A program made the translations under genes and the position numbers. The notes beneath the pieces were generated by a model, which saw nothing but the letters and a program-made list of their open reading frames with translations, did no database searches and was not told the DNA's origin. Below are positions 7,987-15,496 of a stretch of 17,603 nt of DNA, in pieces (position 1 is the stretch's first letter; each line of letters opens with the position of its first letter). The stretch is from an uncultured Nitrososphaerota archaeon (GTDB lineage Archaea > Asgardarchaeota > Njordarchaeia > Njordarchaeales > Panguiarchaeaceae), in contig CAZWPQ010000010.1 in NCBI GenBank assembly GCA_964636085.1, positions 36,151 through 53,753 of the forward strand, in the 5' to 3' direction.

Positions 7987-9306
7987 CTAACTTATTGGGT
8001 CATAGAAAAAGCAATCTAGAGGTTCACAAGGGATAAGTTCGTGTCTCAGGTTCTTCATTAGCACATTCTTTAAATCCTCATCGGCTAGACCCTGTCCGAG
8101 GAGCCAACCCAATTTTACATACGCGACGTGTGGAAGCATTGTGTGTAGAGGAATAACCCCCATTTTCTTCAATAATCTTCCAGTCTCGTAGACATTCATA
8201 TAAACGCCACCCCAGATACATTGGGTTGTCATCGCAATTACTACTCCTTCCTCAATAGCTCTTCTTATTGAGGGAAAAATGTATTCGGGCGCATGACCAA
8301 GCCCTGTCCCAGCAATCACTATTCCCCTGAAATGGTGGTCAACTAGTATATCGATTAGTTGGTGAGCTATACCAGGATATACATATAAAAGGGCAGTTTT
8401 TTCCTCGAAGTATGGCCTAACAGTGAGATATTCGCGATCTTTCCTAGGTATATATACGTTTGTCAGTATTTTAACACCGCTATCGACTTTAGCTAAAGGC
8501 TTTACACCAATAGATCTGAATGCATCCCTTCTAGAGCTATGAATCTTAATACATCTAACGCCCCTATAGACCAAACACAAGGTATCGTCGGGCCTACCAT
8601 GCATTAAAACGACGCTTTCAGCGATAGGAGCATTAATTGCGAACTTTACTGAAGCTATCAAATTAACTGCAGAATCTGATGCCGGCCTATCTGAGCTTCT
8701 CATAGCTCCAGTAAATACCACAGGCCCAGGCAAGTTTTCTAGCATGAATGCCATAGCGGCGGCAGAAAAGTGTAATGTGTCAGTCCCGTGTGTTAAGATT
8801 ACGCCTTCGGCACCACCAAGGAATTCCTCCGAAATGGCCTTAGCCATATCGATCCAGTATCGAGGTAAGAAATTTTCGCTGAAGATATTTAGGAGTTCTC
8901 TAAGTGATATTTTCCCTAATTCAAATATTTCTGGGATCGCGTTGGATAACTCTTGGGAAGAAAATGCGGGTGCGACTGCTCCCGTTGAGTATTCAATTCT
9001 CGATGCTATAGTACCACCGCAATGAATGATTGAAACTTGGGGTAAATCCTCTCTGATAGTAACCTTCATTGATGGGAGCGAATATTTGGGCTTTATAGTT
9101 CCTATTTTTTCTAGTTTCTTTATTCTTTTAACGTTATAAGCGATATTGTAGCCATTAGGTAGCTTTAAATAGATATAGCGGTCAGTCTCAGGGCCAGGAA
9201 GCACAACAGCTTCAATCTCTAGATCATCTAGGTATACTCGAATAGAATCCCACTCCTTAATGCCGTGATTATCTAGTAGCTTTTTTGCTTGTCCTTTATA
9301 AGGCAT
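7987..9306 (-). CDS. gatD: Glutamyl-tRNA(Gln) amidotransferase subunit D
   Basis: N-terminal LKLPNGYNI domain plus asparaginase-like GGTIASRIEYSTGAV, HGTDT, RSSDRP, SRRDAF and GTGLGH motifs. Confidence 0.96.
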   Translation of the reverse strand: MPYKGQAKKLLDNHGIKEWDSIRVYLDDLEIEAVVLPGPETDRYIYLKLPNGYNIAYNVKRIKKLEKIGTIKPKYSLPSMKVTIREDLPQVSIIHCGGTIASRIEYSTGAVAPAFSSQELSNAIPEIFELGKISLRELLNIFSENFLPRYWIDMAKAISEEFLGGAEGVILTHGTDTLHFSAAAMAFMLENLPGPVVFTGAMRSSDRPASDSAVNLIASVKFAINAPIAESVVLMHGRPDDTLCLVYRGVRCIKIHSSRRDAFRSIGVKPLAKVDSGVKILTNVYIPRKDREYLTVRPYFEEKTALLYVYPGIAHQLIDILVDHHFRGIVIAGTGLGHAPEYIFPSIRRAIEEGVVIAMTTQCIWGGVYMNVYETGRLLKKMGVIPLHTMLPHVAYVKLGWLLGQGLADEDLKNVLMKNLRHELIPCEPLDCFFYDPIS

Positions 9307-9373
9307 ATTTCATCACATTAGATATAATGTTAAAAAGACTAATAACTAATAAGACTTTTCTTAGGGGTACAAG

Positions 9374-10894
9374 TTGGAAGAGAAGAAAAGGCGGGGCGGG
9401 GTACTCGTAATCACATTATTGATGCTCTCAATAATATTCTTTATCTCCTCCGCATATATCTTTCACTCGGCGGATGTCCCAGAAGAAACATACTATGACC
9501 CCGAATGGTTTATGCAGAATTCCCATGCGAGGGTTCCTCCAAAGCTTCCTATAGTACCGTATTACTGGTATAATGAGGCATGGCCTGGATACTTCTTTGA
9601 GATTGATGGAAAAGCCCCAAATCTGGCTTGGCGATGCATTATTTTGAACAGGTATATTGAGGGGCAAGGATGGGATCTAAGTTTTGATACTGATAATTAT
9701 GTAGTAGATAAGGTAATGGAATCGCTTGGTATAGGAGAATATGGGCAGGTTACAAATTTTGGTACCTTTGAGACTTACTCGGAGAAAACTTTTGGTAATG
9801 AGTCTTTTGTCGTACGTACACCCCCAATTTCCACGAGTTTCATGGATAAGTATCCTCTTATTTCCCTCTGGGATCCAGAAGGAGAAGTATCTTGTAGTGG
9901 ATTTCAAATGTATTTTTCCTCAATTTCTAGGTTTACATATAATGTGTCGATATACAGTCCTGATGACTATCTCTATGTGGATTTCTATACGCCTGAGAGT
10001 GGAACAATGGGGATTATGTATGTAGCATATTACCAGCCGAGGAATTATCTATTGTTAGCGGAATCATCGGCTACTATCGGAGAAACCAAAACTTCCGTAG
10101 AGGGGAACCCTGTATTAGAAAATTATACACTTCTTCCTGATGGTTATGTAGATGATTATCCAGAGCTTCGATGGCTGATAGGTAATGTAACACTCGATGA
10201 TTCAGAATCTGTCTACAACCAAGTGAGCGTTATACTTGCGTTTTTATACTCAAACTTTGAGTTAAGGTACGATCTTAGTGTAGATAGGGACCCCGTGGCT
10301 GACTTCGTGGCTAATGGTGGCGGCCCACCTTTTAGCTTTGTGAGCACGGCTGCTGTGGTGCTGAGGGCCCTAGGGATACCCTGTAGAGTAGTGATTGGTT
10401 TTGTGGGTGGTTCATATGATCCAGATATAGGGAGGACTATAATTGGGCCAGACAATATATATGTATGGCTTGAGGTATGGGATGCGGATAATCATTGGTT
10501 GTCGTATGAAGCTATGCCGGATGTCTCATTGGCAGAGAATTTGGTTCCATATGCGGGGTATACTATCCATGCTCCTAGGCTAATTGAAGGTGTTCCAGCT
10601 GCGTATGAAGATGAGGATATAAGGATTGATTTCTATCTACTTGGTGCTGGTTTTGAGCTTTTTGATGGTACAAGTGTGATATTTTATGATGAAAACGAAT
10701 CTATAGAAATAGGGAGTATAGCACTAACTGAGGCGGGTTTTGATGTATATATAGCTTCAATCTCTTGGAGGTACGAGGATATATTTGCACTGACGGGCAC
10801 GCTGTCCTATGGTGTGCATGTCATAGAAATCCGGTGTGGATCTATTTTCCTTGCTATAAAAGTTTCATTGTTGAGGTATACAAGTATTCGTTAG
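9374..10894 (+). CDS. Membrane-anchored extracellular transglutaminase-like (TgpA/DUF3488-type core) protein, predicted catalytically inactive
   Basis: KKRR followed by a hydrophobic N-terminal anchor. The core reads DPVADF...F...AAVVLRALGIPCRVVIGF.GG...W.EVW....W, with several N-x-S/T sequons. TTG start with GGGG upstream. Confidence 0.8.
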   Translation: MEEKKRRGGVLVITLLMLSIIFFISSAYIFHSADVPEETYYDPEWFMQNSHARVPPKLPIVPYYWYNEAWPGYFFEIDGKAPNLAWRCIILNRYIEGQGWDLSFDTDNYVVDKVMESLGIGEYGQVTNFGTFETYSEKTFGNESFVVRTPPISTSFMDKYPLISLWDPEGEVSCSGFQMYFSSISRFTYNVSIYSPDDYLYVDFYTPESGTMGIMYVAYYQPRNYLLLAESSATIGETKTSVEGNPVLENYTLLPDGYVDDYPELRWLIGNVTLDDSESVYNQVSVILAFLYSNFELRYDLSVDRDPVADFVANGGGPPFSFVSTAAVVLRALGIPCRVVIGFVGGSYDPDIGRTIIGPDNIYVWLEVWDADNHWLSYEAMPDVSLAENLVPYAGYTIHAPRLIEGVPAAYEDEDIRIDFYLLGAGFELFDGTSVIFYDENESIEIGSIALTEAGFDVYIASISWRYEDIFALTGTLSYGVHVIEIRCGSIFLAIKVSLLRYTSIR

Positions 10895-10895
10895 T

Positions 10896-12521
10896 TTATT
10901 TTTTGTTTCTTAGACAGCTCTTCACGAATTCAATGAAGAGTGGGTGGGGGGATAAAGGCCTGGATTTATACTCAGGGTGATATTGTACCCCAATGAAGAA
11001 GGGATGGTCTTTTATTTCGATAGCCGCAACTCTATTCATATCGTCAGTGGCACTAATTATAAGCCCTTTAGTCATCATTTTTTCGACGTAATGTCGTATG
11101 ATATGATATCTGTGTCTAAACCTTTCGCGTGTTTTTGTTGTTCCGTAGATTTTATGTAGTTTTGTATTTGGCACAATATTGATTTCAAGGCCTCCAAGTC
11201 TCATGGTTCCGCCTAGAGTGGCGACATCTTTTTGTTCTGGTAGGAGATCCACTACGGGGTAATCGGTTTTTGGATCTATTTCGGTAGTGTTGGCTGTTTT
11301 CCATCCCATAAATTCTCTAGCGAAAGCGACAACACCAAGTTGTGCTCCAAAGCAGATTCCAAGTAATGGGATTTTGTTATGTAGGGAAAATATTGCCGCC
11401 TGTATCATCCCATCTGTTCCTCTTTCCCCAAATCCTGGGGTTAGGATAATACCATTATAACTCGAAAGTGTTTGAACGTTGATGTTCTCAGAATCAATGA
11501 TTTCTATGGAAGGTTTTATATTTAATTCGGCTGATGCATGTTTTATGGCCTCAATTATGGAGAAATATGTATCCATCATCCTCGTGTATTTTCCAACAAG
11601 TCCAACTCTAATTTTATAAGAAGCATTCTTTAGTCTGGATATGAAGTCTCGCCACTTCTTTAACAAATCTTCGGGCCTTTTCCTGGGCGATAGCCCAAAT
11701 CTCCTGAGTATTATCCTATGAATGCCCTGCTCGTAGAGTAATAATAGTGTCTCGTACGGGGTCTCTAAATTGGGTACCTCAAAGATAGCCTCAGGGGGGA
11801 CATTTGAGTAAAGTGAGAGCTTATTTTTAGCTTGTGGAGATATACCCTCGATCTCAGTTCTTGCAATGATGGAGTCTATTACGAGCCCAGACTCTAAAAG
11901 AAACCTGAAACTTTGTTGGGCTGGTTTTGTCTTATATTCGCCTAAGATCCCAATAAATGGTACCCATACAACATGGATAAGAAGAGTGTCGTTAGGCGAG
12001 AGTTCATTTCTAAGTTGCCTAATTGCCTCAAGGAATATGGCTGCTTCGTAGTCCCCAACTGTTCCACCAACTTCGATTATTGTTATGTCATAATTCTTGG
12101 CAATATCGATTATTCTTTTTTTAATTTCATGCGTAACATGCGGAATTAATTGGACAGTCTTTCCTAAGAATTCTCCCTTTCTCTCCTTTAATATAACTGA
12201 TAGATATATCTGGCCACTTGTAATATTATGTGAAGGATGAAGATCTCTATGTATAAATCTCTCATAGATTCCAAGATCCTGATCAACCTCACAGATTCTG
12301 TATGTGTAGTCATCAACAGGCTTAAATTCCCAAATCTCATCAAGAACGAATACCTCGCCATGTTCATGCGGGTTAAATAAACCAGCATCAATATTGAGAT
12401 AGGGATCAATCTTTGCAATAGTAATATCGAACCCATAGGCTTGAAGTATACCAGCAATGCTACCAGCAATTGTACCTTTGCCTAAACCTGAGAGAGACCC
12501 AGTTATAAAAATTATTTTCAA
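10896..12521 (-). CDS. pyrG: CTP synthase
   Basis: ITG.LSGLGKG, KIDPYLNIDAG, HGEVFV, EVGGTVGD, KTKP.Q, GICFG (catalytic Cys), ERFRHRY and QYHPE motifs. TTG 12521 with a GGTGA SD is preferred over the track's GTG 12530. Confidence 0.97.
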   Translation of the reverse strand: MKIIFITGSLSGLGKGTIAGSIAGILQAYGFDITIAKIDPYLNIDAGLFNPHEHGEVFVLDEIWEFKPVDDYTYRICEVDQDLGIYERFIHRDLHPSHNITSGQIYLSVILKERKGEFLGKTVQLIPHVTHEIKKRIIDIAKNYDITIIEVGGTVGDYEAAIFLEAIRQLRNELSPNDTLLIHVVWVPFIGILGEYKTKPAQQSFRFLLESGLVIDSIIARTEIEGISPQAKNKLSLYSNVPPEAIFEVPNLETPYETLLLLYEQGIHRIILRRFGLSPRKRPEDLLKKWRDFISRLKNASYKIRVGLVGKYTRMMDTYFSIIEAIKHASAELNIKPSIEIIDSENINVQTLSSYNGIILTPGFGERGTDGMIQAAIFSLHNKIPLLGICFGAQLGVVAFAREFMGWKTANTTEIDPKTDYPVVDLLPEQKDVATLGGTMRLGGLEINIVPNTKLHKIYGTTKTRERFRHRYHIIRHYVEKMMTKGLIISATDDMNRVAAIEIKDHPFFIGVQYHPEYKSRPLSPHPLFIEFVKSCLRNKK

Positions 12522-12567
12522 ACAAATCACCTAAATAAAACAATCTAGGATAACTTCGGGATCCAAA

Positions 12568-12793
12568 ATACTAAGGGCCCCAGAACCATACCTACCCTCC
12601 CCTTCAACCAGTCTCCCCCTAGAGCACCGTGAGCTCGCTTAGCGCCGCTCCCTTCCGGGCCCGCACGCGTTCGCGCGCCCATAAATGGGCGGTCGGCACC
12701 CACCGTCCTTCGACGGTGAGAGCCATGACAACCCACGGCCCCTAGGGACTGGTCTTCATTGGGTCGAGTAGGCGGTTCTGGGGCTTTCCTCAT
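12568..12793 (-). other. Bulge-helix-bulge splice motif formed by the SRP RNA flanks
   Basis: The 5' strand AU-GAGG-AAA-GCCCCAGAACC (12793-12774) pairs with the 3' strand GGUUCUGGGGC-CCUU-AGU-AU (12587-12568). This gives a 4-bp central helix with a 3-nt bulge on the 3' side of each strand. Confidence 0.65.
12571..12785 (-). ncRNA. ffs: Signal recognition particle (7S) RNA, ~215 nt, atypical
   Basis: GC-rich island in AT-rich DNA. The minus strand has helix 8 GGGCCC-GGAA-GGGAGC with a GAAC/UAA internal loop (12636-12675) and helix 6 CUCACCGUC-GAAG-GACGGUGGG with a GNAR tetraloop (12692-12729). A long helix 5 is formed by CCGUGGGUU/AGCUCACGG, GACCAGUC/GACUGGUU, GCCUACUC/GGGUAGGU and GCCCCAGAACC/GGUUCUGGGGC. 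Confidence 0.88.
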
Positions 12794-12887
12794 AAATATG
12801 CTTACTGATGAAAAAAGTATAATGCTATTTATTTTTTATTTGTTGTTCATTGATATTTTTGGATATTATTGTCTAGTGGGGAGTTCT

Positions 12888-13406
12888 ATGCCTACATACG
12901 ACGATCATGAGATTAAGGCAAGATTGAGTAAGGCATATAAACCAGTCTTTGATATACTTAAGAAGCTCGTGATGTCTGCTGAGGAAATCTTAACTGAATT
13001 TAAGTCTGATGGCCTAGACAGAGAAACTGTCTCTACATTTATGGCAGACCTATCAGAATTGGAGGGGATATATGATGAGTTCTTAGTTACTGTAGAGGAG
13101 GTATCTCAAGGATTGGAATACGAATCACGAATAGCCAAGGAGATCTTGAATTCCTTTAGAAAGTTGAAGGAGATGTTTGGCGATATAAGGATTCAGGCAG
13201 AAAATTTGTTGGGATTCATAAAACCGGGCCTGGTTCAGCCTAATGAGTTACTTAGTAGCATAATAGTACAACTTAATGACTTAATAAAGAAGCTCAGAAC
13301 AATCATAAGTGAAGAACTAAAGTATAATGTCGAAAGACTGCTTGAAGAACAGAGACAAGTAGAACATCTATTCCCAGACGAGAGAGCCTTAGAGGATCAA
13401 CTCTGA
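12888..13406 (+). CDS. Hypothetical all-alpha acidic protein (172 aa)
   Basis: ATG 12888 is preceded by a GGGGAG SD. The protein is made of amphipathic helices and is followed by a T-tract. The track's start at 12759 runs into the SRP RNA and is unlikely. Confidence 0.7.
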   Translation: MPTYDDHEIKARLSKAYKPVFDILKKLVMSAEEILTEFKSDGLDRETVSTFMADLSELEGIYDEFLVTVEEVSQGLEYESRIAKEILNSFRKLKEMFGDIRIQAENLLGFIKPGLVQPNELLSSIIVQLNDLIKKLRTIISEELKYNVERLLEEQRQVEHLFPDERALEDQL

Positions 13407-13407
13407 G

Positions 13408-13419
13408 TTTTTTATTTTT
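13408..13419 (+). terminator. Oligo-U terminator candidate
   Basis: TTTTTTATTTTT begins 1 nt after the stop at 13406. Confidence 0.5.
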
Positions 13420-13470
13420 AATAGGTGAATGATTATATTCATAATATATGGGTATTCCGAGACATTCGGT

Positions 13471-13555
13471 GCGCCGGTAGTCTAGCGGTAGGATGCCAGC
13501 CTGCCAAGGCATTCGTAGAAAGCTGGTGACGCGGGTTCGAGTCCCGCCCGGCGCA
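13471..13555 (+). tRNA. tRNA-Gly(GCC) with a 14-nt intron at 37/38 (13507-13520); CCA not encoded
   Basis: Acceptor stem GCGCCGG/CCGGCGC plus discriminator A; anticodon stem CCAGC/GCTGG; anticodon GCC at 13503-13505; T-arm GCGGG-TTCGAGT-CCCGC. The intron AGGCATTCGTAGAA forms a BHB (CUGC/GUAG helix, bulges CAA and AAA). The gene is followed by TCA. Confidence 0.96.
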
Positions 13556-13636
13556 TCATTACTTCTAAACATGGAATACTGAGCAGTAGAGGATTTTTTA
13601 GATATCTGTACCGGATCGGATTTTTTCCTGTCACTC

Positions 13637-14842
13637 TCATAGGGACTGTATTTTTCCTAGCATGAACTCTTTCCAGAATCTAGGGAGGGATTCTAGGACT
13701 TCATGAAGTATGTTTTTCATATCGTTTTCTTGATCAACGCTCTTTTGTTCGCTGATATATTGGATATAAGCTAGTTGAGGTTCGGTAATAGGTTTTCCGA
13801 TTGTTGAGACCAATAATATGTATACTTCTTCGACATCAGTTTCCTTATAAATTCTCTCAGCAGCGTATTGTGCAGCGAATTGGTAAATTTTGCCAACATG
13901 AGATACTGGATTTTTTCCAGCATAGGCCTCAATACTCATATATCTTAGGGGTGTTATTAATCCGTTCCATCGATTCCCGCGACCAATTTGTCCATCATCC
14001 CCGCTTTCAGCTGAAGTACCAGTTACTGTTAGGTAGTATGTTCCCCGGCTTGGATTGTCAGCTGTATTTATGGATATATCAAAATCTAGGCTCGTGAACT
14101 GTGATAGGTGTTTAAATAAGAGTTCACGAATATTGTCCTTTATTGACATGTACTCGCTTGGTGTCGCTATTTCTCTATCAACCATGGCGGCCGCAACTGT
14201 TATCTGAGCATTGTTCCCTCTTCGTACACACATGACCTTAATATCTTCGCCTACTGCTGGATATTTTTTCTTAAACTCTTTACTATTGAGGTATCTCTCG
14301 GTTTCTAGGCATAATTTTTCTGTATCGCTAAATGGATAGAACCCAACTCCCATACTTGTATCATTTGCTAATGGAACCTCCCCCTCTTTTATCCTATTAT
14401 AAACCGAGCGGAGATCTACGCTCCCAGGTCTGATCGTATATATAATAGAAACATGTCTGACTGGGTCTAGATACCTAAAATTATCCCTTATCCAATCAAT
14501 TACAGCATCTCGAACAAGTGTTCCTATGGGGACACTTTCTTCACCTTCATCGCCTTTGACATGAAGTGTCGCTCTACCAACAAAATGTAGGATTATGGGT
14601 TCTATTACCTTGCCTCCACCGAACTTTGGAGCGGATCTCCCTCCAGCAAGTACACACTTATCTATGTTGAAATGGAGGGGATATCCAAAATTTTCATAAT
14701 AATACTTCGTGAAATACATAGCGATTCTTTCACCAATCCCATCACAGATCGTGTCTGGATGGCCCAAACCTTTTCTTTCTACAATTTCGATCGGCCTTTC
14801 ATTCATCGGCGGGAAGTTATGTAAGTATTGTATCTCAATCAC
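13637..14842 (-). CDS. mat: Archaeal-type S-adenosylmethionine synthetase (MAT)
   Basis: [56 protein letters not shown] and [12 protein letters not shown] motifs. The start codon is uncertain. Confidence 0.96.
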   Translation of the reverse strand: MIEIQYLHNFPPMNERPIEIVERKGLGHPDTICDGIGERIAMYFTKYYYENFGYPLHFNIDKCVLAGGRSAPKFGGGKVIEPIILHFVGRATLHVKGDEGEESVPIGTLVRDAVIDWIRDNFRYLDPVRHVSIIYTIRPGSVDLRSVYNRIKEGEVPLANDTSMGVGFYPFSDTEKLCLETERYLNSKEFKKKYPAVGEDIKVMCVRRGNNAQITVAAAMVDREIATPSEYMSIKDNIRELLFKHLSQFTSLDFDISINTADNPSRGTYYLTVTGTSAESGDDGQIGRGNRWNGLITPLRYMSIEAYAGKNPVSHVGKIYQFAAQYAAERIYKETDVEEVYILLVSTIGKPITEPQLAYIQYISEQKSVDQENDMKNILHEVLESLPRFWKEFMLGKIQSL

Positions 14843-14992
14843 ACCATTGCACCAAGTTAACCAATATTCTGGAGATTATTTTTATAATTAAAAGCAGGGG
14901 GCTGGATTTGAGCATCTTATTTGGGTCTCTTTTAAAATAAAAATAAGGATTAATTCATACTTTTGGATCAGGGATAGTCTATTGGTGATATA

Positions 14993-15451
14993 ATGGCTAA
15001 ACTTTATGCAAGACGTAAAGGAAAGGCAAAATCAAAGAGATTATACAGAACATCGCAACCAACTTTTGTTAAATTGACACCACAAGAGGTTGAGAATTTA
15101 ATTATCGAGCTTGCCAGAAAAGGCGAGCCGCCCACGAAAATAGGCCTAATACTAAGGGATCAGTATGGAATTCCATCAGTAAGGCAAGTCTTGGGTAAAA
15201 AACTTACTCAAGTATTAAAAGAAAATGATCTTCTCTCGGAAATACCAGAAGATTTAATGAATTTAATTAGAAAGGCGATAAGGATTAGAAAGCATCTCAT
15301 AGCTAACAGGAAGGACATGAGGGCGAAGAGAGCACTACAATTGACAGAAAGCAAAATAAACAGATTGATTGACTACTATAGATCAAAAAATCGTCTCCCA
15401 CCGGGTTTTTCATACTACAAGTTTATATCAGGGATACATGTAACAATGTGA
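14993..15451 (+). CDS. rps15p: 30S ribosomal protein uS15 (S15p/S13e)
   Basis: MAKLYARRKGK..S.R, IGLILRDQYGIPSV, PEDL.NLIRKA and L.LTESKI.RL..YY motifs, with a GGTGA SD. Confidence 0.97.
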   Translation: MAKLYARRKGKAKSKRLYRTSQPTFVKLTPQEVENLIIELARKGEPPTKIGLILRDQYGIPSVRQVLGKKLTQVLKENDLLSEIPEDLMNLIRKAIRIRKHLIANRKDMRAKRALQLTESKINRLIDYYRSKNRLPPGFSYYKFISGIHVTM

Positions 15452-15496
15452 AATCTTTGGGCTTGAATTTGGCATTAGCCACGTGGTTATATAATC

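Noticed and set aside
9010-9030. GatD CGGT instead of TGGT as loss of catalysis
   Set aside because: The catalytic Thr is the one after GG and it is retained, as are HGTDT and the downstream Lys.
12571-12793. RNase P RNA identity, suggested by GAGGAAAG at the 5' end
   Set aside because: There is no GUCC with the bulged U and no 3' ACAnAA...GCUUA partner for P4. The helix 6 and helix 8 motifs identify SRP RNA instead.
12545-12793. 82-aa minus-strand ORF, and the 12759 start of the plus-strand ORF
   Set aside because: Both are open frames produced by GC-rich SRP RNA sequence. The plus-strand gene has a better SD-supported ATG at 12888.
13303-13572. 89-aa minus-strand ORF
   Set aside because: It is an antisense translation of tRNA-Gly and the end of the preceding gene.
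13521-13640. tRNA-Gly as an integration site, or any mobile element or CRISPR array
   Set aside because: No duplicated tRNA end, integrase, transposase or repeat-spacer array was seen in the window.
15476-15494. TAGCCACGTGGTTA near-palindrome and TTATATAA before mbf1
   Set aside because: The TATA-like sequence is only 2 nt from the ATG, too close to be the promoter. A single short palindrome has no other support.
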